DNA of 63,967 nt, counting the filler. It is 13 parts of 13 records of this genome, joined end to end, with 100 filler letters (N's around TTAATTAATTAA, not from the genome) between each part and the next. Parts side by side here need not be neighbours in the genome. Positions count along the whole stretch, not along the records: positions 45,075 to 51,132 come from SRR15195285_7478; positions 51,233 to 55,718 come from SRR15195285_7481; positions 55,819 to 60,783 come from SRR15195285_7483; 10 more parts are not named here. One strand, 5' to 3'. This document shows, one piece after another, positions 46,381 to 58,220 of the stretch. The notes beneath the pieces are model-generated. The model saw only the letters and a program-made list of their open reading frames with translations. It was not told where the DNA came from and did not search any database. A program made the translations under genes and the position numbers. How positions within the stretch are numbered: the stretch's first letter is position 1; each line of letters begins with the position of its first letter.

Positions 46381-49300
46381 TCACCCGACAGTGACAAAGC
46401 GCTTGCGCTGCGGAGGAGCTCTGCTCGTCTCTGCTGTTGCCCCAACCTCCTCGTGGAGACGGCTTCGCTCGTTCACCAATGCGACATCCAAAGCTACTTT
46501 TGACGGATCTCCAATAGCAACCATCATTCCTCGAAACGTTGCGTAGTTGACTGCCTGCTCCGGTGCTTGACCACCAGCGGGTTGCAGTCCCCCAATCGGA
46601 TTCTGAACAACACCACTCGTGCTGCTCCCGTCATCTGTGGCGTGTGATACGCCCAGCGCAGCCCCAGCTGCAAATGTCACGCTGTCTGGCGTACCATCTA
46701 CTTCAATGCTGTCGTCCGTCTTTATCTTCGCTGGAGCGAAGCGGTTTGCGACCGTAATCATGACCTGTGCCAACTCTTCCTGCTCTGATGCAGGCGTAAG
46801 ATCGGCATCAACAAGCCCTTCGCGAGTGAGGAGATACAGAAGGATCTTAGGCGTAATCGGCGGCTCCGCAAATCTCCCGTTTTCCCGAGCTACATCGCTC
46901 TCGACAATCCCGAACTGTAGCTCTGCTTCATACGCCGATTGTACAAAGGCCTTGTAGGCTTCCTCAAGCTCCTCGTCTCGATCAATTTTTTTCTTCTCCA
47001 GTACCATCATCTGTAGGAACTCAGGAAAACTGACGTCGCCCGATGCATCCGCGTCGAGACCGAGATCAGCAATCATCATCCGGATTATGTCTTCGTTCCG
47101 TATTCTCGACCCCCCAAGTGAATCAAAAACGAGTTGTAATTCTGAGACTTCAAGCATCCCAGAGCCGTCTTTATCGAAACAGGCAAATGTCTCAAAGTAC
47201 CGCAGAACGTCAGCTGTGGTCACACCTAGGTCTTGCTTGAGCTGATCGATTTGCTCGAGGTCCTCCGCTGAAAGATCTTTCAGCCCTTTCGTTACCCGTG
47301 ATTTTGCAGTGATATCCTCGTCAAACACATCCGCTGGTAGCTCGTCGTTTCTTTTGACGCTGAGTATTTTCGGCACCCGTATCGTCTGTCTTCCAGTAGT
47401 CCAAATGTTTTCCATGGCCTTTCCGATGTCTCCAGGCCCGGTCGTCTGAGTGCGCTGGAGCGATGCAAGCGAAGCCTCAGACATCGCTCCTTCTTGCGAG
47501 CCTTGTAGTCCTTCCACCTGGGCGTCATAATGTACTGACAATTTTGCCACAATCCCACCGAAGTCTGCTTGATGCACCTTTGCGATCTGCTCGCGAGCCT
47601 GTCTTTGGGAGACCCAGACTGAGATCACAAACAGCACCGCCAGAGATAGGACAACCAGATTTGGAGCAAGCTCAGACGAGCCAAGCTTCCACGTAGGCTG
47701 AGTCAGTGCGACGTTCGCATAGAGCACGCAAAGGAGCATCGTTAGCGTCGTCTGTTCTAGCGAGTTGTCCAGATCAGAGGCAAACGGTCTCTCCCAAGCT
47801 TGCAATAAAACGAATATTGCAACCACGAAAAATGGCAGCACTCGCCAGTCGATCTGACCACCACGCGTTCCTGGCACAGAAAGTGTTCCCCCATGCATGC
47901 TTCCGATCTGAAACACCGCAACAAGTGCTACGCGTCGCAGCATGAGATACGCCATCCATCCACGGTGCTTCGATGTAAAGATGTAAGCAACACGAGCCAT
48001 GGTCGTGAATCTCGGAGCCTTTGGCCCTGCCCGTCCATTTGTATCCACTGACTGAGCAGCATCATTTTGGCCCATCGTATCGCCCACTTTCCACAAGATG
48101 TAGGCAGGAAAGCCTGCTGTGAAGACGAGCAACAGAAGTACACTGATGACTTGAACACTGTAGGTCTCGCTGCACGCCATCTGCACGTCCAACGAGGAGT
48201 ACCATTTTCCGTTTATATACAAGCACGCCGTTAATCCAGGGATAAGTTTGAAGGCTTGCTTCGTTGCGCCCATATACCTGTTCCGTCCAATATAAGTATA
48301 AACAGCCAGAGACAAATGGCCACAATGCTCTGCAGAAATTAAACACGAATTTCTACCAACATTGGACCATATCGCTGATCAGTATTGTTCATCGTTTGTG
48401 TTCTTACGCGAACATGGCAACCTCGAGCACCATTCGAAACCGATGCTTGTGGATCATCTTCTTCTTCAAAATGATACAACTCAGCCTCCACCAGGTGAGA
48501 AGAGCTCTGGCCTCGGCCGCCTTGCTGCCATTAATCAGCCCAGCGTTATCGGGACGATGGAGAACGCGTAGGCGCAAGAAGTTTAAGTCTGTCGCGGCAG
48601 AATATTTGACCTTCAGTTTCTGCACTGCACGCGATGCCTTCCCACCATCCTCTGCGTCGTTGTTGGCATCATGCGTTGCATCCTCCACGTCTTGCAGTGC
48701 TACATCACCACCATTCGCAATTCTTCGAGCATACGAGGCCTCCTGCAGCTTTAGCACCACCGCTGAGCAAAAGCAGATATACATAGGGACCCAGACCGCG
48801 GACATAAGCCATGCACCTGTCGGACCGATGTCAAGCAGGCACTGCGGTGTGCCCTCCTCGGTTTCGACAGCAGATATCAGGTCCATGTTAATCAGTCTCG
48901 CAAGCCCATAGATAGCATTATCTCCTTTTCTATCGGCAAATAGTGCCAGGCTCTGAAAGAAGAACGTGAGGATGCCTAGTGCCGCTCCGTCTTCGTGCAC
49001 ATTGATTTGTCTCGCTTTGAAATCTACATTGGATCAGTGGAGTTGGACAGCAGGATTAGAACAGGAGAACAAACAAGGGCGTAGTCACTGTCCACTGGGA
49101 TGAGAGAACATGCGGTTTCAGCTATGCGCACGAGGGTGGGACACACCTAGGAACAGTGCGAACATAGCCCAACTCACGAGGAGCGCGAGAACGTACCACC
49201 CATTTGTTCCCTCACAGACTGCACACCGGTGGTCGGCAAGTTTCTGCATGGGCAGTCCGCGTGGGCTAGTGCAGGTTCCACACAATACACCAGAATGAGT

Positions 49301-51132
49301 ATGCGCGCAGACGGATCCGCGAATGCATTGCCCCGTAGTTGCTCCATCGTTTGCTTCACACAGCGCAGTCATTTCCGTCTGGTTCAAACTTGTTGCTGTG
49401 GACAGATTGACGTCTGGCAGAGCGAGCCGATCACGTTGCTGATGGCTACTCAGATAGAATCCTGGACAAATCACCGAAGAAGAGCAGTAGTACACAAAAT
49501 CGGATATTGTCGGCAGGCTTGTGCCCAGGGTGAAGCCCAGCTGTGCGTAGAGATCCTTCGTCTCCTTCCTCTCATCCAACGCAAGCTCGATTTTTGAGAC
49601 GCCTTTGTGTATCGACCAGTTGCCGATCCAAAACCCGGGGACTGCAAACATATTTGACCTCCCACCTGGCCGCCACAGACCACCAGGGCAAGTTACCCGG
49701 TTCGCGAGCTCTCCCAGTGTCCTCACATCACACGGAACACACCCTGGCGACGCTGATGGATACATGGAGGGATACAGACTGGCGTTGAAGTGATCGGTTT
49801 TGCACACGCATCCCGTCTGTTCGAGATTTGGCTCAGTCCGGCCGAGGCACGCCATGCAGTCCGAGCCGGCTGTCTGCGAATGGTGACCCTCGGGACAGGC
49901 TCTGCAGGTAGTGTCCCCGGGGTTGGCAGTGCGACCGGCCTCGCACGCCTCACAGCGCTCCGCCAGGTGCAAACGACTTGGCGCACTGCCTTCTGCGCAC
50001 AACATGCACTCGTCGCCTGCTGCGATCTTGCCGGCTGGACAAGCTTGGCAGTGATGGTCACCACTCTGCGACACGTGCCCGAACGGGCAAGCCTCGCAGA
50101 GCGTCGCTTCTGAATTCGGCGCCGTCCCGGCAGGGCAGCGGTCGCACGATCCCGCTGGCTCACATGTTTCTTGCGTGGCGTTGATAGATGCCACGCACGA
50201 AGGTGATTGGCCGCCATCACAGACGCGAGGGACATGCCCCGCAGGGCACGCGTGGCAGCTACCGAACAGCGTACTATAGTTGCCCGCAGAACACGGGCGA
50301 CATTGGCTGCCGTTTGTGGCCTCGCACCCGGGAGGGCACGGCTCACACTGTGACTGTTCACCGTTGGGTATCCTGCCGGCTGGGCAGGCATGGCAGTCTG
50401 ATTGTGTGGTTCCGGAGACGTGGCCTGCCGGACATTCCTCGCAAGCCGTACGGTTGGCACTCGGACGCTCGCCGGCCACACAGCGCACGCAGTACGCCTG
50501 GCCCTGTGACGGGACGTGTCCCTCGGGACACCCAACGCACAGCGACTCATGCGTGCTGTACCGCCCGGCGACGCAGTCCTCGCACTGCCCTGCCGTACTT
50601 TCCTTTCCCGGTGGGCACAGCTCGCACTCGCTCTGCTCGGTGTTCGTTACCCTGCCGGCTGGACAGGCGTGACATTCGGCCTCCGACGTGAGCGAGACAT
50701 GGCCCAGCGGACAGTCCTCGCAGGCTGTGCGGGCCGCGTTGGGCTGCTCGCCAGCCACGCAGCGCGTGCAGTAGCCCTGCTGCGCCGCTGGCACGGTCCC
50801 TTCCCCGCAGACGTCACACGCACCGTGCGTCAGTATGTTGCTGTACCGGCCGGCGGGGCAGCTCTCACACGTCGCGTTCAGCGGCGCCAGCGGCCGCGTC
50901 CCCGCCTCGCACAGCACGCAGCCGCCCTGCCCGTCAGCCGGCACCCTGCCCACCTCGCAGGGCACGCATGGCTGTGCGCCACCCCATGAAACCAACCCCA
51001 CGCTGCAGGCGACGCAGCCGCCACCCACCGGCTCGCTCCCCGGCGCGCACTGCAGCGGGCAGGAGGACGGTGGCCCGTCCTGGGCTGCGCCACGCTCGGC
51101 GAGCAGCAGCAGCCGCAGCAGCCGCAGCCGCA
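46381..51132 (-). CDS. 5'-partial receptor-like protein: GCC2/GCC3 (ephrin-receptor-like) Cys repeats, multi-TM domain, cytoplasmic calmodulin-like EF-hands; introns 49024-49146 and 48278-48407
   Basis: About 18 CxxCxxG repeats; HSGVLCGTC; FFQSLAL; WERPFASDLDNSLE; EF-hands DKDGSGMLEVSEL and DADASGDVSFPEF. Confidence 0.85.
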
Positions 51133-51463
51133 NNNNNNNNNNNNNNNNNNNNNNNNNNNNNNNNNNNNNNNNNNNNTTAATTAATTAANNNNNNNNNNNN
51201 NNNNNNNNNNNNNNNNNNNNNNNNNNNNNNNNCACTTCGACCCTTACAGGGTCAAAGTATCCAATACTCCGTGGGATCAGTCAGCCAATGAGCACACCGG
51301 GACGACCAATAATTCAGTTCTACGCTTTGAGAGCTCTGCGGAGCGAAGGCCCGATTCTCAAGTCATCAAGTCACCGGCACGTGGGGGCGAGGGGCTATCG
51401 TTTCGCTCGAGCGGACGAAAAAAGGGCCAGAGCGAAGATACGGGATCAAGTGGCAAGGAACCC

Positions 51464-54400
51464 ATGCTTTCCATTCGAGGCATGCAAAGGCGCCCGACGC
51501 TAGGTGACACCATTGGTGGCGGCATTAGTCGAACGATGTTCAGTGACCCTGGTGGGCACAAGCTGAGGCTTGCGGCCAAGGAAGGTAGGCTGGAAGATTT
51601 GCGAGCGCTCCTGGACAAGCAGAGCGGCGCCGTGACTATGTTCGATTCACAGGGCCGCACACCGCTTTTCCTTGCAGCTGAAGGTGGTCACAGTGAGTGT
51701 GTTGATGAGTTGTTACGTCGAGGCAGCGATCCTAACTTGTCTGCGAATCAATCGGAAGGCAAACACTCACCTTTAACCGTGTCGGCAAAGAACGGGCATC
51801 ACGCTTGTGTGAAATTGCTGCTCGGAAAGGGTGCGCACGCGGACCATGTGTCCGACCACCCGGATTCAAGTGGCTCGGCGTTGTTGCTGGCGGTGAATGC
51901 TGGGCACATTCCGTGCGTGCGCGCTCTGCTCATAAACAAAGCTAGTACGGAGACACCAAACAAGTCCGGCCATAAGCCGTTGTTCTTAGCTGCTGCACGG
52001 GGTAGATTGGACTGCCTCAACGCGCTCCTCGAACAAGGCGCAGAAGTCGACGTGCAGCACAAGGACAACGGCCGGACGCCGTTTATGGTTGCCTGTCAGC
52101 TGGGCCGAGAAGACTGTGTCATGGCGCTCGTTGACGCGCACTGTAACAAGGAGTTGTCAGATAAAAATGGCCAGACTGGACTGATGCTGGCTAGCTCTAT
52201 GGGGAACCATATTATCGTGGAGTACCTTATCAAAGCTGGGTGCGATCCGCAGGCCAAAGATAACGAAGGCAAAACTGCAAGTGATCTCGCCAAAGCTGGA
52301 GACGTAGCGCAGTATTTCGAAGAAAGAAAGAAACTTGCCGAGGAACGTTCTGCAGGTGCGGCAGAAGAGTTGATGGCCATGATAGAGCAAGAAGAGGTGA
52401 TCGTCCAGACCAAGGAGAAGAAGCAAAAGAAGAAGAAGCAAAAGAAGAAGAAACAGAAACAGCAAGAGAGCACACCAGAGAGTGGGCCAGAACTGGAGCC
52501 GAGCCCAGAGATTGAGAGCGAACGGCAAATGCAACAGAAAACCAAAGTTGGACAGGGCTCTGGGTCGAACTCAGAGACACAGCTTTGTGCTGAGCGTGAG
52601 ATAGAGTCGATGGCAGCAAGTTCAGACCGTAGCTCGCTGCCCGAGCCAAATATCAATGCCGGAGATGAAACCCAAGCGGGTTTGCCTCCTCTAAGCCAGT
52701 CTGAACTGCGGGAGAGTGAACATGCACTCAAACCTAGCGTGCAGCCGAAGACAAAGAAAAAGAACAAAAAGAAGGCGAAAAGTGCTACTGATGTGCATAG
52801 TGGCAGTGAGGAGCTAGCAGCTACAGCCAGCAGTCAGAGTTCGGGTGAAGACGAGCTTCGTCGACTCCGTCAAGGGTTGGCTGCAGCAACTGCAGTGTGC
52901 GGTGACCAGCAGGCTCAGCAACAGATCTCAGCTCTCACACGCGAAAACAAGGCATTGCAGTGGAAACTGGAAGCGCTGGAGCAGCAATTAGCGAAGCAAG
53001 CGGCGGCAATGGCCGCTCAGGAGGCAGATTTCTCGGCACGAATTGAAGAATCCTGGCAGGATTCAACAAACCTGCGGGAAGAGACTGCCACGTTGCAGCG
53101 GGATCGTGACATTGCACAGCATGAGGCAGCACAATATCGTCGACAAAAGGAGGAACTTGAGAATGCACTTGCGGAGAAAAAAGACGAGACTGATGTGAAT
53201 CGGCGCGCAAGAAGCGAATCCGAAGTTTTGCTAATGAACGAAAACAAGCGACTACGGGCAGAGAACAAGGAGCTCAATGAAGTGCTAGAGAAGGAACGGA
53301 CTTCAGCCACCCATGCTAATCAACAATTCCAGGCACACATGCAGCAGATGAACAGGGCGAGTTTTGACCAGGGCACGCGCCTACAGCAAGCCAATAACAT
53401 CATTAGGCAACTCCAGACTGGCAATGCCGTTGAGCATGTGGATGCGGATGCGTTGCGTCGACAACGAGCAGACTACATGCTCCACCAGCTGCAAGTTATC
53501 ACGAATAGCTGGATTCATGACCTTGGTGACGCCCGAGGCGTGCATCAAAGTGGCGCTGCACAGTTGCGGGCTTATCTTTTCACCTTTGGATCCTTCCGAC
53601 TTGAAGTTGACGATGCATCGGCTGATGTCGATGTGCTCGTTATGGTTCCTCCACTTGTGGACCGCGAGGCCGACTTCTTCGGACTAGGGCCTGACCGTAC
53701 ATACCAGTCTCCGTCCTTACTTTCGCGTTTGGAGCAAGACGAGCGCGTGTGTGGTATCGTAGCTGTCGTCGATGCCTACGTGCCTTGCATCAAGATGTCC
53801 TTTGGTGGTATTGACTTCGATCTCACCTTCGCCAACGTGCTTCGTTCGGATCTGCCGCAGCAATCAGAGTGGGGAGATGACATCAACAGCTGGCGTGCTG
53901 GACCAGGCAGCTTTGCCGTAGACGGTGCGATGCTTGCTCTGGCACATGACCTGCCTGCAGTGCGCTCGTTCATAGGAGTGCATTCGACGCACTACGTGCT
54001 GCGGTCAATGCAACAGCACTATGACACGTTCCGTCAGACGCTTGTGCATGTGAAAGCGTGGGCAAAGCAGCACGGCATCTACGGAAGCATGATGGGTTAT
54101 CCTGGCGGCGTCGCATGGACCATTCTGACTGCTTTCTACTGCAGAGAACGTTTCTCAGCGATACCATCCGGCAGCTCCACCCCACCGACAGTAGGTAGTA
54201 TGCTCGCTGGGTTCTTTGCCACATGGGCAGAATGGCAATGGCCGCAGCCGGTGGAGCTTGTAAATCGGTCGGCTCCTGCAGAGCAGCAGAACCCTGTGTT
54301 GGATGCAGAGGTATGGCATCCTGGTACTGGTGGTACTGGTGGTACTGGTGATGCGGTTATGTCGATCATCTCACCCGCCTACCCGCAGATGAACACAACC

Positions 54401-55179
54401 CACACAGTTGGGGCAGCGTCACTCCGGGTAATTCAGGAGGAGCTGTCGGCCGCTGCGTCGCTGAGTTCTTCTGCTGGGATTGGTGGTTGCTGTGCGTTAC
54501 TTTCCCGCTGCGACTGCCTGATATCCTAGAAGCAATTTGATTGAATCTCATTCAGCGCAACTGACTGTGCTGATAGTGCAAAACGTCTTCTTCTTGCGTA
54601 AGGTTCCATTCTGTGCGTCGTGCACACTTCTAACTGGCTGGCTCATGCTCTTGCGCAGACTCGCTGGACGAGTGGCAGGAGATATGCTCGCAGCAGGAAC
54701 CGGCGCATCGCAGATTCTTGCGCAGATATCCGTCCTACCTGTACATTGAAATTTCTGCTGATCGTGGCAACCCACGATCCGCGCAGTGGTGTGCGCTGGC
54801 AAAGGCTCGGCTCCGGCATATCGTAACAATGCTAGAGAACCGCGACGAGCTCGCCACAGCGCATATTTTCCCGTCGTCTTTCGACCCGAAGACGATGGAG
54901 TTGCTCAACGAACGCAGTGCGACGGGGATAGACGGGACGCCTCCAAACGCACAATCTGATGATCCTCTGCTATTCTGCGTGGGGTTCACATTGGTGGATG
55001 CTGTGGCAGGGCGTGGAAATGTCGAACACGTGGAGCTGCTGTGCGTCGGCGCGGTTGAGGAGGTTGCAGCGCAGATTGTCACGAAAGCCCAGCGTGGGCA
55101 TTGGCACACGCCTGACATGACGTGTACAGGGCGAGTTGTCGCGGCAGACAAAGTTGCAACTGCGAAGGCGCAGCACTAA
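51464..55179 (+). CDS. Ankyrin repeat + coiled-coil + canonical-type poly(A) polymerase fusion; one intron ~54483/54486-54658
   Basis: About 7 ANK repeats; FGSFRL..ADVD, DAYVPCIKMSFGGIDFDLTFA, GIYGSMMGYPGGVAWTIL, WQWPQPV, IISPAYPQMNTT; C-terminal RYPSYLYIEI..ARLRHIV. Confidence 0.88.
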
Positions 55180-55961
55180 TCCGTACTCAGCCGCAACGGC
55201 TTCCGACGATCAATGTAGCATAGTTCTACAGACTGTCGCACTTTTCATTGCCTTGGGGCCAGGTTGTTTTGTGGTGCTAGCTAGCCACTCCACATCTGTG
55301 CTCGCTGATCCCACGAGCATGGATTACAGCATTAGACCCTCACACAGGGCATACAGGCCGTAGGTCCTCGGGTCTGTCTCAAGTGGCCTACTACAATTGT
55401 GCTACTAGCCCTAGTCTAGCTAGTACAGTTCAGTACAATTGTCATAGCATTCAGACTTACCCGCCCGTGCGTCGTCTCCACGGACCGCGACAATTGATTT
55501 CGTCAGAATTGATGCGTAATTCTATCAAATGAATACGAGCCATTTTTTTTAAAAACGGAAATTTCCCCCACATTTGACCCCAAATTTGGGATTATTGATT
55601 CCTGAAATTCACTGAGAAATCAGAACCGGATAAAGTTTTCCAGGTCCAAACCCCCGATCTCAGAACGGCAGGATCTAGTACTACATTACCACGCGAACTC
55701 TGAAGAATCATCAGTGTTNNNNNNNNNNNNNNNNNNNNNNNNNNNNNNNNNNNNNNNNNNNNTTAATTAATTAANNNNNNNNNNNNNNNNNNNNNNNNNN
55801 NNNNNNNNNNNNNNNNNNGCGGTCACTTACAAGTTCGTACTCATAGTGATTAAATATCAACAAATTCAACTGAACAAATGCAAGTCTACAACGATGAATT
55901 CAGGCTGAGGAGTTCCATACCGACCCGCCTGAGCGCGCGCGGCGCTGCGCATCGCAGATCG

Positions 55962-58116
55962 ATGATGGTGGTGCTGGCCCTGGCGGTGCTCGTGCAGACC
56001 CTGCCGCTTGGGAGCAACGGCGGCGCATACTCGCGGCTCCCCGTCATGGGCTATTCAAATTGGTACGGAGCCATAAAGCAAAGCCACCGTACTTCTGTTC
56101 TCTGACGGACCCAGCCGGTTTCAGCTGAAATGTATTCGACCAGTGAAATCGGTAGCGTAGCCGGTGGTATACAGCTACGTTGCTGCGTCTTTAAAGCCTA
56201 AAGAGCGCCGAGCTTGCTCGGCCTTTGCGACTGGGATGTCGATGTAGGTACGACACCAAGTGTGACGTGCACGCAGAGCGCTTCGTCGAGGCTGCGAATG
56301 CGCTGGAGAAGCTCGGGCTGCGATCGCTCGGCTACACCCAGATCAACATCGACGCTGGGTGGGCGCTGCCGCAGCGTGACAACACAACACAGGAGCTGGT
56401 GGCTGATCCGCGTTTCTTCCCGCGTGGTATAGCTAATCTGAGCGCTGAGCTCGCGGCACGGGGATTCATGCTTGGAGGCTACACAGATCGAGGGACGCAG
56501 CAGTGTGGACCGTCACCTGGGTCTAAGGGTCATGAGGAGCGCGACGCGGAGCTTTTTGTTCGCTGGAATCTGAGCTATGTCAAGAGCGACGACTGTTCCA
56601 GCACACTAGACTACGCTACGGCGATGGACGACTACAGAAAGTTCGCAGCATCGCTAGCGGCGGCGGGGGCAGACCATGATCGTGATGGTATCTACTTTCT
56701 CATTTGCGGGTGCAAACTTGGCGTCGGCTCGCCTGACCCTCGCAAGGGATGGGAGCAGTGTCCACGGGACGCCTCAGAGGCAACTGGGATCTCAGCCTGG
56801 CGGATCGCGAGCGACGATTATACGTGGGGGAATGTGCTCGTCAATGCCAACATATACGCAGGTATTGCGCAGTTTTCGGGGCATGGAAAGTTCAATGATC
56901 CTGATATGCTTATCAATCAACCCATGATCGGTGCGGGTTGGCCAAGCCCTGACACCTGTCCGAATCTACAGGCATGGAAAGGAGTGCGTGGGCGGGGATT
57001 TCCGCCGTATTCCATCACGCGCAAACAAGCGCGGCTCCAGATGGCGTTGTGGTGTACGATGGGGGCACCGCTGATACTATCGATGAATATTCGTGAGCTC
57101 AACGACTACGACCTCGAGACTTACAGCAACGCAGAGGCAATCGCAATTGATCAGGTGCGAACGCCACATGCTGTATGCGAGATCACTGCAGCAAATGCAC
57201 AATAGTTCCGCAGCACATGGATTCTTAAGACTGACTTAATCAATTTTGTGGGGAGCCAGGATAGTTTGGCTCAACCAGGCGTACGTCTCCAAGGGTACAA
57301 CCTCACCACTAGTCCGAGTGCACCCCATCCCCCTCCAGCACGGCCAGCGCCGCCATTCAATGGTACCGTGATCCCAAACTACAACGTCGTCCGCCAGCAA
57401 TGTGATGCTTGCAGCCAAAGTGCTACTGGTTGCTGTATCAAAGGTCAGCCAAATCTACGTGTTCAATACCTCAGCCACAAAGGAGCAACCACATTGAATG
57501 GATGTGCAGAGCTGTGTAGCACTTGCACGGGCTGTCTGCAGAATGGCAGCGGCACCGGCGATCGATGTCACTCATTCGTCTGGAACTCGAACAACTATGA
57601 CTGCTTTGGCCGCCTAGATTCACTCTTCGATACACACAACCCGTTCTACAGCCACTCGGCAGGCTTGTTTTCAGGAACTTTTGGGAACGAGTCAGCGGCT
57701 ATGGCAACCACGGCGTCCGGAGCACCATCAGGTAACGCACAAATGCATTTTCTCCCGTGTGTCATACTAGAAGTAACAGAATCTAGTGCTGTGTCTCAGG
57801 AAACTTTTCTGCTACAAATATTTGGGGGAAAAAGCTCTCGAACGGCAGTTTTGCTCTGCTGTTCATCAACGTCGGACCAGAAAATGTTTCTTCGCTGACG
57901 TGCGGGCCAGACTGCGTTGCACAGCTGTTGCTAGGTCACAACGAGACCGCCCCAGAAGCCGCCACAGCTGCCCTGCGGCCTGGGTTGCGCTATCGCGTTC
58001 GAGACATTTGGGCAAAGACTGACCTACCGGATCAGTTAGCGCCACTGACCATTCGCTCACCGCCTCTAGAGGCCGGCACTGGAGTATATATGGTGCGACT
58101 GTGGCCCTCAAGCTAA
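55962..58116 (+). CDS. Secreted GH27 alpha-galactosidase-like enzyme with a PAN/apple-like insert; exons 55962-56062, 56248-57154, 57260-57731, 57800-58116
   Basis: LPVMGYSNW, GYTQINIDAGW, DPRFFPRG, YVKSDDC, WRIASD, FNDPDML, APLILS, NAEAIAIDQD, VRDIWA. Confidence 0.92.
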
Positions 58117-58220
58117 TCTGATCCGGCTGCTCACAGTATGTTGATGAATGGGGCTGGACGGCATGAATTGAAACACTCACAAAGAGGAGCCAGTATGGGC
58201 ACTAAACAGATGAGGTTGTC

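Noticed and set aside
48278-48407. Apparent frameshifts between ORFs in the receptor, GH27, GH54 and PAP genes
   Set aside because: Resolved by GT..AG introns with the correct phase
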